A stretch of DNA of 64,000 nt from a virus (Duplodnaviria > Caudoviricetes). The notes under the pieces were generated by a model. The model made no database searches. It worked only from the letters and a program-made list of their open reading frames with translations, and was not told the origin of the DNA. The translations under genes were made by a program, and so were the position numbers. Position 1 is the first letter of the stretch. Every line of letters starts with the position of its first letter. Location: positions 131,467-195,466 of IMG/VR virus record IMGVR_UViG_3300028591_000086; one strand, 5' to 3'. Positions 50,393-60,947 of the stretch are shown here, piece after piece.

Positions 50393-51276
50393 ATATTTTA
50401 AACGGAAAAAATCATAATATTTCCCGAGAATCTTGGGAAGAATTCTTAGATGTAGTAGATAACGGCGGTCCAGGTATATATACTTTCATGCAAATCCATG
50501 ATAAGAAAACTGGAAAATTATTATTCTCTACACACAATACAACTGTTCTTAGTGGTAGAATCGCTCTTATTGAAGAGATGTTCGGTCTTTCAAGAAATAA
50601 AGAACAACATCTTCTTCTTAATAATATGCTTGGTATTAACCATTCTGAGACAGATAATGTTTTGAACTCATCAACAATTAAACGTGAATGTAACTATTTT
50701 ATGGTAGGAAATGGAGCTGCTAGTACAGAAGTTCCTGGTAAATATTTTAGTCCTAAAAATTATGAGACTAAATTGTATAAACCGATTCCTTTTAGAATGG
50801 TTCCATTATCTAATGATTTAAGTATATCAGAACAAGAACAATATCGTTTTAGAAAAATAGTAAATATTAATGGAACAGATTACGTATGTTATTATGCTAA
50901 GAAGTTTACACCTAGTTCAGTGTTCCTTGAATATAATGCTGGATCATATAAACCTATAGAATCACATACTACTCCTGTAGATGAAAATGATTCTACACAC
51001 CCATTACGCGGTGGTTCCGTTTTGGTATATACTACATTCTCACTTCCTATCGAAGAAGAAGAATTGAAAGAATACTTTAGAATCACAAGCAATATTACGG
51101 ATTGTGGAACTAGTGAAACTGGTCTTATTTATGCAGCAGATCTTCCTAATGCAAATGATAATAATCGTTCAGAATTAGCAGCTGCTGAATTGTTCACAAA
51201 AATGTGTTCAAATAAGATAGATCTTTCATCTGATGGTTCATCACGTATTGTAACTTATAAGGTTTATGCTAAATAA
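50389..51276 (+). CDS. Putative virion structural protein
   Basis: Coupled to the upstream gene; PIPFR and YYAKKF motifs. Confidence 0.6.
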   Translation: MNILNGKNHNISRESWEEFLDVVDNGGPGIYTFMQIHDKKTGKLLFSTHNTTVLSGRIALIEEMFGLSRNKEQHLLLNNMLGINHSETDNVLNSSTIKRECNYFMVGNGAASTEVPGKYFSPKNYETKLYKPIPFRMVPLSNDLSISEQEQYRFRKIVNINGTDYVCYYAKKFTPSSVFLEYNAGSYKPIESHTTPVDENDSTHPLRGGSVLVYTTFSLPIEEEELKEYFRITSNITDCGTSETGLIYAADLPNANDNNRSELAAAELFTKMCSNKIDLSSDGSSRIVTYKVYAK

Positions 51277-51361
51277 ATAAATTAGAACCAGGTTTTAGCC
51301 TGGTTCTAATTTTATAATAGATTTTTATTAATATATTATATGAATAGAGAGGAGATTAAAT

Positions 51362-51985
51362 ATGGATATAGTTAAAATTCCTAATTTCGGTATAAACAAA
51401 TTTTCATATTCTTTACGTTTTTATTATTGTGGAGATTTATATCAGAAATTATTTGGATTAATTAATCTGAAGGACGTTAATGAATTAGGTGTTCTTGTAA
51501 ATGGTGATAAAACATTTTCAGATAAAAACAGATTAGTTATACCTAATGAATATATTGATAAACTAACTATAGATTTTTCTAAAGACAGAGTACTGGGTAC
51601 GGATGATGAATTTAGATCGGCATTTCGTAAACGATTCGGATTTAGATTGATAGATGTTATTAGACCTTTAGTTTATAGAGCTGTAAATAACATACATATC
51701 AAATATCAATATGCCAAGAGTGAAAATGGTATTAAATATTTTTCACCAAGTGATTGTGAATACCATATTGAATGTAATAAGATTAAATTTGAAAGAGCGG
51801 ATTGCTTTCTATATCTTTCAATTATAGAACCTAATGATTGGAAAGATGGAGATATAGCAGTCAATTATAATAAGATGGAATATTTTGATTCTGATATATA
51901 CAAAGAAAAAATGTTCATAGATAATACGATACTTAAAAAATTAGATGAAATAGGAGAAGATTCTTTTCAACCGTTATTGTTTTAA
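51362..51985 (+). CDS. Hypothetical protein
   Basis: GAGGAG RBS; own promoter and terminator. Confidence 0.8.
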   Translation: MDIVKIPNFGINKFSYSLRFYYCGDLYQKLFGLINLKDVNELGVLVNGDKTFSDKNRLVIPNEYIDKLTIDFSKDRVLGTDDEFRSAFRKRFGFRLIDVIRPLVYRAVNNIHIKYQYAKSENGIKYFSPSDCEYHIECNKIKFERADCFLYLSIIEPNDWKDGDIAVNYNKMEYFDSDIYKEKMFIDNTILKKLDEIGEDSFQPLLF

Positions 51986-52070
51986 ATAAAAAAGAACGAG
52001 ATTAATCTCGTTCTTTTTTTAATGAATTCGCATAGAATTTTATATATTGTATATTTGTAAGGAGATTTAA

Positions 52071-52757
52071 ATGACTAATGAAGAAGTTTTTAATATAGAG
52101 AGTAAATTAAACAATTTGATCAATATCATTAAGAAACTAGAATCTGCTAAAGAAATTAAAGGCGGTTGTGAAGAGTATGTAATACCTATAGAAAGCGTCA
52201 AATTTGATCTAGCAAATACAGTTTCAAAACATCCAGTTTATGAATGCTTTTTGAAACACATTAAAGGCGTTGATTCGATAACTGCTGGATATATTTTAGG
52301 AAGCATTAATTTTTCCAAAGTCGAAAGTATATGGCAGATATTTTCATATTGTGGAATTATAAATACGAATCGGAAACACAATGTGTTTCTGTATAAGAAA
52401 TTGTTGAACGCTTCTAAATACATGATAAATAAATATAGTCCATATGCAATATACTATTATCAGAATCTTAAAATTTGTAATTTTAAGTCTAAAGATAAAA
52501 ATAATTCTGAATTTATTTATAAATCTAAGATTTCAATGGTAAGTATGTTGTTATGTGATATATATGAAGTGTATAACAAGATTATTTTACAAAAAGAAAT
52601 TAATTCGATTAATTATATGGATAAGACTAGATTGTTCGATTATCGAGATTATGTATTTGATTCATCTGAAGTCGATATATTTCAAACTTCAAAATGTCTG
52701 AAAAAGATTAAAAGAATTGAAAAACGGATGGATAAACGAATCCACAATATTGAATAA
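52071..52757 (+). CDS. IS110 C-terminal/Nop-like domain protein lacking RuvC
   Basis: HPVYECFLKHIKGVDSITAGYILGSI...IFSYCG resembles the Transposase_20 GIGxxTAxxL...xYxG pattern. Confidence 0.55.
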   Translation: MTNEEVFNIESKLNNLINIIKKLESAKEIKGGCEEYVIPIESVKFDLANTVSKHPVYECFLKHIKGVDSITAGYILGSINFSKVESIWQIFSYCGIINTNRKHNVFLYKKLLNASKYMINKYSPYAIYYYQNLKICNFKSKDKNNSEFIYKSKISMVSMLLCDIYEVYNKIILQKEINSINYMDKTRLFDYRDYVFDSSEVDIFQTSKCLKKIKRIEKRMDKRIHNIE

Positions 52758-52826
52758 ATTTACATCATATAGTTTTTATTTAAATGTGATGCTAATATTT
52801 ATATTATAATAATGGAGGAATAGGAT

Positions 52827-53180
52827 ATGCATTTGACGAATAAAGATCATCTCGATCTTTTTAACGGGATCGACTTCAGAAACGTAATGTATGTTTATAT
52901 GCCAGTATGTGACATAACGCTAGATCGTTTATCTAAATCTTTAGGATTGTCAAAACAGACAATCTGTGAATGGAAAACGAATCCAACAAAAATTACAAAA
53001 TGTCAAGTAATCAGTCTTCTATTGTATATCATTCATATGAATGACAAATCGTCATCTAGAATTAAAGAAAACTACGACGCCTTATACAAGGCGCTGTATG
53101 AAGAAAATCATCCTGATAGAAAATTTACGTCTTTTAAGGATATTCTTAATGAGTTGATGTTATTTACAGAAGATGATTGA
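52827..53180 (+). CDS. Helix-turn-helix DNA-binding protein
   Basis: ITLDRLSKSLGLSKQTICEWK (XRE/Cro-like). Confidence 0.65.
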   Translation: MHLTNKDHLDLFNGIDFRNVMYVYMPVCDITLDRLSKSLGLSKQTICEWKTNPTKITKCQVISLLLYIIHMNDKSSSRIKENYDALYKALYEENHPDRKFTSFKDILNELMLFTEDD

Positions 53181-53229
53181 TCTTAAAAAATGGACGGATT
53201 TACTCTCCGTCTATTTTTTATTTAAATGC

Positions 53230-53269
53230 TATTATTAGATTTATATTATATTATTAGAGAAAGGAGAAA
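53230..53269 (+). promoter_or_regulatory. Early-type promoter plus RBS cassette, copy 1
   Basis: 40 bp identical to 60902-60941. Confidence 0.75.
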
Positions 53270-53272
53270 ATT

Positions 53273-53536
53273 ATGATTATGGAAAACATTTTTACTATTA
53301 TTTTAGCTTACCTCATTACAGGAGGTATGTTTGTGCTAATTACTTTGTTTAAGGTAATTAGATTCATCGTTAAGTCTGATGATAAGGACATCACAGCAGT
53401 TATAGCTGCTAAAAAAGATCTCTTCAGTCAGATAGGATGGAAGATATGTGCATGGATATATGCACCGATATCTTTCGCCTTCGTGCTATTGGCGTTTTTG
53501 ATAGCGGCGATATCGTCGTTATTTCGTCGTCGGTAG
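53273..53536 (+). CDS. Small two-TM protein
   Basis: Two hydrophobic segments, AAGGAG RBS. Confidence 0.75.
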   Translation: MIMENIFTIILAYLITGGMFVLITLFKVIRFIVKSDDKDITAVIAAKKDLFSQIGWKICAWIYAPISFAFVLLAFLIAAISSLFRRR

Positions 53537-53671
53537 TAATGACCTGAAAGCACGAAAGTGTGAGTAGGGTTATTTTTTTATAAAATCCGTTAAACTTTAT
53601 CGTGTATATAACTTTTGTTTTGATTATATATTTGTTATAAAATAAAGAATAAAATAAGGAGAAAATATAAT

Positions 53672-55405
53672 ATGGCTAAAAAAGACACAGATTTTGACAT
53701 TGAAGAAATGGTTGATGAATCTATGGGGGAAGAATTAACCGATACCGAAGAATCTGATGTAGAGGATGAGTTAGAATCTAAGAAAGAAAAGCATAAAAAG
53801 ATAAAAGATGATGCCGATGATGATCTTCCTGATGGTGGAGATTTTGCTAAAGATTATTTGTTCTCTGAAGAACCTGATTGGAAAGGTTTTAAATACTTTA
53901 CGCTCTTAGGTTCAAATGAACGAATATTAAATATTAAGTTCAGTAAACTTTTCGGTAAGGAAAGTGAAGATTATGAGAACTTCAGAGTATCATGTAATAA
54001 AAAGAAAGCATATGCTAAGATAATGCATTTGATTTCTCACACAGCAAACGTATTATTAAATCAGAATAAACAAGTTACTCAAAACTTTTTATATAGATAT
54101 TATTGTTTAAAACGAGATTTAGATAATGATAATATAGAATCTTCAGAACAGTTTACTTGGGCTATTGTAAATCTTTTTGATACTGCTATAGTAAATGAAA
54201 TTCGAAAGTTTGTAAATAGTCAGTATCATGAAACTGGTGATATTAAATATCAGCAAAATAAAGATAAATTCATTGACTCGATCACGTTTTTGGATTATCA
54301 TATTAAGATTATTTATGTTGTTTCAAGAATGACTCATTTGATTATACCGTTGTGTATAGAATTCTTGTTTACGCATTTTGAAGCTGATGCTAAGACGTTG
54401 TTGTATAATACATTCACCTCTTTATTTACTATGGCTGAAGCACACGGACCTGGTATAGTACCGTTATCAAGCAATGATAGAGATACTGATATCTGTCAAA
54501 AGATATACGAATTTGTTGAATCTAAAGTATCCCCAACTATTAAAAGTGATGAACCTATGTGGGAACGTCAGTCGTATTTCAGTGCAAACCCAAAAACAAC
54601 AATTGAAGTAATTATAAATAAATTTATTGTTGATATTATTCCTGAAATATCATTTAATGGTAATGCGATAAACATGTTCTCAACTGTTGCTCGTAAAACT
54701 GTATTGGATTATACTTTGAGAAAGAAAGATTCATTCAATATAAATCTTTTATCTGACGTAGATAATGCTTCGGATGATAACGATAATGCTGTTGTTTCTG
54801 AATCTGACACATTCGATTCGATGAATGCTAAACATGATGCGTTTGGTGTATTGATTAGACATACTTTTACAACAGATACTGTTGATAAGATAATTGAAAG
54901 AAGCGGTGTAACAGTTGAGCAATCTGATGTCGATTATTATATGAAAAACATCCATTTCCATAAGTTCCAACAATTTGCTATTTTCAGCAGTTGTATCTCT
55001 GCATTCAGAGGAACAGAAAATTTGTATGGTCTTAATAAAGAAAACTATATACGTTTGATGCTTGCTTTATGTAGAAGATTGGAATCAGTTGGATTACAAA
55101 ATCTTTCATATTACATATCTGGTATAAAGAATAGACATTATATCAGTAAGAAGGAATCTAGGATAGCACACTCATTGTTGATCCAAGATCCATTATATCA
55201 ATATATCGTTGAGAATAAATATAATGGTATTAAAAACATTATTGATACTAAAAATAACTTTATTAAATCAAGAATTGATTTCTTACAAAATAATGAGTTT
55301 AGATATAATCTACCAGATAGTGATTTAAACGATACTATAATTGTTAGAGACGACAATACTATTCGAACATCTGTATTGCGTTTCTTTAACGAATTTATAT
55401 TGTAA
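53672..55405 (+). CDS. Probable nvRNAP promoter-specificity (sigma-like) subunit, AR9 gp226/phiKZ gp68 family
   Basis: HIKIIYVVSRMTHLIIPL and DICQKIYEFV...DEPMWER patterns recalled from gp226-like proteins; acidic N-terminal extension; not verified by search. Confidence 0.5.
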   Translation: MAKKDTDFDIEEMVDESMGEELTDTEESDVEDELESKKEKHKKIKDDADDDLPDGGDFAKDYLFSEEPDWKGFKYFTLLGSNERILNIKFSKLFGKESEDYENFRVSCNKKKAYAKIMHLISHTANVLLNQNKQVTQNFLYRYYCLKRDLDNDNIESSEQFTWAIVNLFDTAIVNEIRKFVNSQYHETGDIKYQQNKDKFIDSITFLDYHIKIIYVVSRMTHLIIPLCIEFLFTHFEADAKTLLYNTFTSLFTMAEAHGPGIVPLSSNDRDTDICQKIYEFVESKVSPTIKSDEPMWERQSYFSANPKTTIEVIINKFIVDIIPEISFNGNAINMFSTVARKTVLDYTLRKKDSFNINLLSDVDNASDDNDNAVVSESDTFDSMNAKHDAFGVLIRHTFTTDTVDKIIERSGVTVEQSDVDYYMKNIHFHKFQQFAIFSSCISAFRGTENLYGLNKENYIRLMLALCRRLESVGLQNLSYYISGIKNRHYISKKESRIAHSLLIQDPLYQYIVENKYNGIKNIIDTKNNFIKSRIDFLQNNEFRYNLPDSDLNDTIIVRDDNTIRTSVLRFFNEFIL

Positions 55406-55472
55406 ATAAAGATAGTGCAGTTATTGAACTGCACTATTTTCTTTTTTATTTTTTCTTACACATCAATATGAT

Positions 55473-56000
55473 ATGAATTATAACAATGTAGACATTAAAA
55501 CTTATATTAAAAGACAAGATATAATAAGTGCCACATATATATTAGTAGTTTGTGAATATTTGATAAATAAATTACAGAATACTAAAGAAAAACTGAGATT
55601 AAATGATGTAGCTTTTGAGGATGAATATTTCATTGAACGTATATATCAGAAATTATGGAAAAATGATGTATCTAGAAAAATGATAAGATATTATTTAGAA
55701 ATATCTGATATTTGGTTAGGTGATAAAATAATGACGGATTTTATAAATAAAACTAACATAAGATTTTATAGAGATGAAATATTTAATTCTATTGTAAATA
55801 GGAGAACTGGTGTAGTTTCTAAAATAAAAAAGAAAGTTACGAGATTAGATTCAAGAGTAGATAATAAAGATGAAATTGATTATAATGATCTACAACCTAT
55901 TATAGATTACATGAATTATCTACGAAAAAAATATTATAATAAAAATTGCATTGTTGAAAGCAGTCAAAATTATGATTTTGAAAAAATAAAATATGATTAG
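55473..56000 (+). CDS. Hypothetical protein
   Basis: 175-aa ORF. Confidence 0.7.
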   Translation: MNYNNVDIKTYIKRQDIISATYILVVCEYLINKLQNTKEKLRLNDVAFEDEYFIERIYQKLWKNDVSRKMIRYYLEISDIWLGDKIMTDFINKTNIRFYRDEIFNSIVNRRTGVVSKIKKKVTRLDSRVDNKDEIDYNDLQPIIDYMNYLRKKYYNKNCIVESSQNYDFEKIKYD

Positions 56001-56009
56001 GAGAAAATT

Positions 56010-56561
56010 ATGAAACAAAAAACTGTGAATGAATATAAATGTCCAATTTATACATTAGAATCGTACCTAGATGAACCTGAAAAAATACAATTAGATAGTA
56101 AAACAATGCAACGTTACAAACGTTATATGAAAAAAATTGTATCCAGAAAAACATCAGGATTAAAACCGACGCATTTTACAGGATTTAATTTTGAATACGA
56201 TTTTACGCCTAAAGAAAAAAGAGTGGTTTTACTTAGTATGAATATAAATAATTATGGTTGTGATTTCATTATTCCTAAGGGTTATGTTAAAGGCGTGTAT
56301 AATCATAGATTAAAGAGATGGGATATTATAAATAATTTAAAAAAGGGGGATAAATTTTTAGTTGATGAAACGTTGTATCGGATGTATCCCTCTTTCTTTA
56401 AGGCTAATGAAATTTATACATTAACAGATGATATTCAGATTATATATTATAAGTTCAACAACAAACAGGATTTGTTAAGATTGTCAAACCATATCCTGTT
56501 TCAACAAATTAAAATGATTTATAGGTATCAGAATGTCTCAAAAAAATATAAGAATAACTAA
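56010..56561 (+). CDS. Hypothetical protein
   Basis: AGGAG RBS, 183 aa. Confidence 0.7.
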   Translation: MKQKTVNEYKCPIYTLESYLDEPEKIQLDSKTMQRYKRYMKKIVSRKTSGLKPTHFTGFNFEYDFTPKEKRVVLLSMNINNYGCDFIIPKGYVKGVYNHRLKRWDIINNLKKGDKFLVDETLYRMYPSFFKANEIYTLTDDIQIIYYKFNNKQDLLRLSNHILFQQIKMIYRYQNVSKKYKNN

Positions 56562-59325
56562 ATTAGTTTTGAAAAATTATGCTCCATTCTATGAATCGAT
56601 GGGGATTAAAAATTTTGAATTTGATAGAACTACTAGTAAAAATAAATTAGTATTAATACTTGGTTCAAATGGATCAGGTAAATCGTTTTTATTAACTGAA
56701 TTATCGCCTGAACCGACTGAGCATATTATCGGTAGAACTTCTAATAGATATATTAAAGATGAAGAAGGACGAAAAACACTCACGTATACAATATCTGAAA
56801 ATGGGAATGATATTTTAGAATATACTTGCGATATAATATTTTCTGCTGATAGGAGAAAAACGACGTGTTTTCTCACTAAAAAAGATTTAATAACTGGTGA
56901 AGAAGTTGAATTAAACTCTAATGGAAATGTGACTTCATATTTGGAAGCTTGTAAAATTCATTTAGGATATGATAAAAATTATAAGAGTATAGGTTATTTG
57001 TCAGAAGATATGAAGAATTTGGTATCGATGGGTTTCACAGAAAGACAGCAACTAATTTCAAATTGGTTACCTAATACATCAGAATTTTTACAGGCAAGTA
57101 AGATAGCTCAGAAAAAGAAAAATCAAACTCAAAAAGAAATTGAAAATCTTTTAAAAGATATAGCGAAAATATCCATTGGAAATATAGAAACTTCTTTAAA
57201 ATCTGAAGAAGAAAATCTAATTATTAAGAATATTAAGCTTGATAAAATTAAAGACGGTCTTTCTAAAAGTAATTTAATGCTTTCAATGTTGAATAAGTAT
57301 AATAAAGAATCATTGATTGCTAAAAAAAATAAATTTCTTGATGACGTTAAAAGATATAATGATTTGTGTTCTAAAAATGCTGATTTACTTAAGATGTATA
57401 ATAAATATCTTAAGTCCGAAAATGGAAGCGAGCAATTATCTAGTGATATAGTTGACTTGGATATTAAAGAAGAAAAACTTATAATAAATGAACAGAATAT
57501 AAACGATGAAATATTGAGATTAACCTCTACAATAGAGACCATGAATTCTTCAGTTTCTAAGACAAATACAAATAATCAATATGATGATTTGGTTTCAGTC
57601 AATTTGGCATTAGATAAAAATAAATCTGATTTAGATCTTATTGATCAAAACATAAATAATAAAATAAAAGATAATGAAGAATTGTCTAAATTTAATAAAT
57701 TTTCTCCTGAATTAAAAACCGCTTCATCATCGACTATAAATGCATTGATGAATATTGCATTGATATCTACTAAAATTTCTAATATGTGTGGAGATTACGA
57801 ATTCAAATCGATATTCGATTCAAAAGCAGGAGACGATATTGTTTCACAAATAGATAACATCAAAATCGTCAATAGTAATCTCGAACAACAAAATATCGAA
57901 TATGAAAATCAAATACACAATATAGAAAGTAGTAGTATAAATTATGATTCTTTGAAATCATACGTTCCGTCAAAGTGTGGCGAAAGTACCTGTTCATTGA
58001 TACGGGCATTAATAGAACGTTCTAGTAATTCTTCAACAAATAAAATTTCTGAAATAAGACAAAATATTGAAATAAATAAAAGTAAAATTATTGAAAATAA
58101 TCGTCTTATTGAAGAGAAACAAAGAATTTGTCAGAATCTTCAAAATGCTCTATATGATATGACCCAAGTTACTGATACTTTAAAGACATTAGATGATAAA
58201 ACTTATTATCTTCCAGATTCTTTACGAGAAGAAATAAATAGTCCAATACCATATAATGTATTGATGAAATGTAGTTTATTACTTGATGAAAGCAAGAAGT
58301 ATGATGAATATGTTTCATTGCTTGAGAAGAAAGAATCTATAGAACAAACGATATCTAATCTTAATAATATTTCGCACGTTCTATCTCTTTCTGAAGAAAA
58401 TAAACGGCTCTTACAAGAAAGTATAGATAGACGTAGGGAATTAACTGAAAAGTTAAAAAATATTAAAGACGAATTAACAACTATTTCTAATGAAAAAGAA
58501 ACATTGTTGTCTTTGAAAGATAAAGTTGATTCTTTACGAGTAGATTTCAATAATCTTAATCTTGAAAAGAATAGATTGATTGATTTAAAGAAAGAAATAT
58601 TAGAAGATAACGAATGTTTGTATAATAAAAATATCATTTCTTCTTGTGTTAGAAAACTTCGAGAATTAGAACGAAATCTAACATCTGATATATCCAGTAT
58701 TACAGCTAAAATAGAATCTTATAAAACTCAAATGATATCTGTTGAAACTTTGAAGAGTAGAAAAACTGCGTTAGAAGTTAAAAAGGATTTATATGAGTTG
58801 GCATATAACATTTGGTCAACTGATGGTTATCCATCATTATTAATAAATGATTTTCTTGAAGAAGTTACAGAATGCACTAATAAAGATTTGGATAGTTCTT
58901 GGGGTGGTATTCTGAATATTAAGAAACCTGAACTGGAATCTTCAGCTTTAAAAATACCTGTAATACGAGGAAACTCTGAATTAGATGATGTGAGTGAATG
59001 TTCTAAAGCTGAAAAAGCAACATTAGATTTAGCTATATCTTTTGGAATATTAGAAGTATCGACTATGGATTCTAAATTCGGAATTATAACTAGAATTGAC
59101 GAAAAAGATTCCGGTATGGATGTAGTCAGAAGACAGAATTTCTTAGATTTATTACAAGAACGTTTAAAAACTATAAATTGTATAAATGCTTTCTGTATAA
59201 CACATTCTAACTGTTTTGAAAATATAGAAGCCGATGTTATTTTACTTAAGAATTACGAATCAGTTACTAGTGAAAATGCGTTAGATAATAAGAATATAAT
59301 TTATAGATTTGATAAAAGTGTGTAA
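56533..59325 (+). CDS. sbcC: SbcC/Rad50-like SMC ATPase
   Basis: GSNGSGKS, long coiled coil with central CxxxxC hook, degenerate signature CSKAE, IDE Walker B, ITH. Confidence 0.85.
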   Translation: MSQKNIRITKLVLKNYAPFYESMGIKNFEFDRTTSKNKLVLILGSNGSGKSFLLTELSPEPTEHIIGRTSNRYIKDEEGRKTLTYTISENGNDILEYTCDIIFSADRRKTTCFLTKKDLITGEEVELNSNGNVTSYLEACKIHLGYDKNYKSIGYLSEDMKNLVSMGFTERQQLISNWLPNTSEFLQASKIAQKKKNQTQKEIENLLKDIAKISIGNIETSLKSEEENLIIKNIKLDKIKDGLSKSNLMLSMLNKYNKESLIAKKNKFLDDVKRYNDLCSKNADLLKMYNKYLKSENGSEQLSSDIVDLDIKEEKLIINEQNINDEILRLTSTIETMNSSVSKTNTNNQYDDLVSVNLALDKNKSDLDLIDQNINNKIKDNEELSKFNKFSPELKTASSSTINALMNIALISTKISNMCGDYEFKSIFDSKAGDDIVSQIDNIKIVNSNLEQQNIEYENQIHNIESSSINYDSLKSYVPSKCGESTCSLIRALIERSSNSSTNKISEIRQNIEINKSKIIENNRLIEEKQRICQNLQNALYDMTQVTDTLKTLDDKTYYLPDSLREEINSPIPYNVLMKCSLLLDESKKYDEYVSLLEKKESIEQTISNLNNISHVLSLSEENKRLLQESIDRRRELTEKLKNIKDELTTISNEKETLLSLKDKVDSLRVDFNNLNLEKNRLIDLKKEILEDNECLYNKNIISSCVRKLRELERNLTSDISSITAKIESYKTQMISVETLKSRKTALEVKKDLYELAYNIWSTDGYPSLLINDFLEEVTECTNKDLDSSWGGILNIKKPELESSALKIPVIRGNSELDDVSECSKAEKATLDLAISFGILEVSTMDSKFGIITRIDEKDSGMDVVRRQNFLDLLQERLKTINCINAFCITHSNCFENIEADVILLKNYESVTSENALDNKNIIYRFDKSV

Positions 59326-59374
59326 AAAGATAATATTATTTTTAGTTATATATCATTTTAATGAAGGGGATAAA

Positions 59375-59593
59375 ATGATAATAGGTTTTTGTGTAGATAA
59401 TACTGGATTAGGAAAACCGATAAATTATACTATATCTAAAAATAATAAAAATAGTAAACCTAAGATAATAAAATATTCTAAACCGTTATCAGATAATGCC
59501 GGATTTACACCTTTTGATATAATTGATATTGCATTATCTAAAGAAGATACTATTGAAAATGATGAACTTAAAGAAGATATTTGTAAAAAATAA
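59375..59593 (+). CDS. Small hypothetical protein
   Basis: AGGGG RBS before ATG 59375. Confidence 0.55.
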   Translation: MIIGFCVDNTGLGKPINYTISKNNKNSKPKIIKYSKPLSDNAGFTPFDIIDIALSKEDTIENDELKEDICKK

Positions 59594-59668
59594 ATATTTA
59601 ATTAACACATCAATGTGGAAACTGATATCATTCCACTAAAAAATTTACCTATATATAGGAGGCCAAAA

Positions 59669-60043
59669 ATGGCTCAGAACAAAACTGTAACACGTCTCTG
59701 GGAGGACGTAGTAAACACAACTTGTGAAGCATCAGGAATGCCTAAGAAGCAGGTAACAGAAACTGCTGACGCTATTCACAAAGCAATTCAATCAGAACTT
59801 TCATCACATCAACCAAAACGAGATGGTGACGTTCTTGAAGTAGAAACATTGTATGGAAAATATGTTTCTACACGTGTGAGCGAACAAGTTATTACTGATG
59901 CAGCAGGTAACAAATTTACTAGACCTAGCTGCTGTGCAATGAATTTCTCAATGCCTACAGATTACATTTCTGCAGCAAACCTTGGTTTGGTAGATGATGC
60001 AGCTATTGAAAAAGATGGCATGAGTAAAAAGAAAGGCGCATAA
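59669..60043 (+). CDS. HU/IHF-like DNA-binding protein (divergent)
   Basis: AGGAGG RBS; ASGMPKKQVTETADAI helix pair, then LYGKY and an arm-like segment. Confidence 0.55.
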   Translation: MAQNKTVTRLWEDVVNTTCEASGMPKKQVTETADAIHKAIQSELSSHQPKRDGDVLEVETLYGKYVSTRVSEQVITDAAGNKFTRPSCCAMNFSMPTDYISAANLGLVDDAAIEKDGMSKKKGA

Positions 60044-60122
60044 TATTATAAAAATAAAAGACACAAACTTGATTGGTTGTGTCTTTTATTTTTTATTCTA
60101 CAAATAAAAAAGAGGTTTATAA

Positions 60123-60851
60123 ATGAGTAATAGAAAACGCTCGGAATTAATTGCTGATCATATCGCGTTTTTGATCATGCAACATCTTCAACCTATCACT
60201 AAAGCTAAAGATGATGCTTTAGACGATTTAAAGAAAGCATTGTCTTTTTTAGACGAAAGTCCTGAATCATTAGCTATTGATGAATTGGAAAAAATCGTTG
60301 AACGAAAATATGGTAATGGTGAAACTCTGTTAAATAATAAACAGGCTGAAGAAAAGAAAGAGGAAACTCCTGTAAAAATCGAGGTTTATAGAGGCGTCGA
60401 TAAAGGAGGAATAACTTATTCTAAAGCAACATTGCCTGAAAAGAAAACTGCTAATGCCACAGGTTATGATGCATTGGCTTGTTTCCCTGACGGATTTGAT
60501 AATGAAATAACTATTCATCCTGGAAAAGTAGCTAAGGTTCCTCTCGGTATCAGTATGAAAATACCTGAAGGATACGAAGTACAAGTTAGACCTAGAAGCG
60601 GGTTATCTGCTAAAAAGAATGTACACGTTATTCTTGGAAGCATAGATGAAGATTATCGAGGGGTATTATCTGCAATAGTCGTAAATAGCAGCGATGTTCC
60701 TATTACAATCAATGATAAGACAGCTATCTGTCAATTGGTTGTAGCTAAGAAAATTCCATCAGTTATGGTAATGATGGATGGTGAGATTGACACAAACACA
60801 GAACGTGGAACTGGTGGATTTGGTCACACCGGTAACATGGGCGACAATTAG
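60123..60851 (+). CDS. dut: Trimeric dUTPase with N-terminal extension
   Basis: All five motifs: TGYD, RSG, GSIDEDYRG, ICQL, RGTGGFGHTG. Confidence 0.92.
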   Translation: MSNRKRSELIADHIAFLIMQHLQPITKAKDDALDDLKKALSFLDESPESLAIDELEKIVERKYGNGETLLNNKQAEEKKEETPVKIEVYRGVDKGGITYSKATLPEKKTANATGYDALACFPDGFDNEITIHPGKVAKVPLGISMKIPEGYEVQVRPRSGLSAKKNVHVILGSIDEDYRGVLSAIVVNSSDVPITINDKTAICQLVVAKKIPSVMVMMDGEIDTNTERGTGGFGHTGNMGDN

Positions 60852-60901
60852 ATATAATAAATAGGCGGAAATTTCCGCCTATTTATTTTTTATTTAAACG
60901 A

Positions 60902-60941
60902 TATTATTAGATTTATATTATATTATTAGAGAAAGGAGAAA
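60902..60941 (+). promoter_or_regulatory. Early-type promoter plus RBS cassette, copy 2
   Basis: Identical to 53230-53269. Confidence 0.75.
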
Positions 60942-60947
60942 TATAAT

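Noticed and set aside
51986-52826. TIGR or CRISPR array beside the Nop-like gene
   Set aside because: Flanks contain only a terminator and promoter; no repeat-spacer periodicity seen anywhere in the window
60123-60851. dCTP deaminase indicating uracil-DNA
   Set aside because: Motif 3 (GSIDEDYRG) and the C-terminal RGxGGFGxTG are those of a trimeric dUTPase
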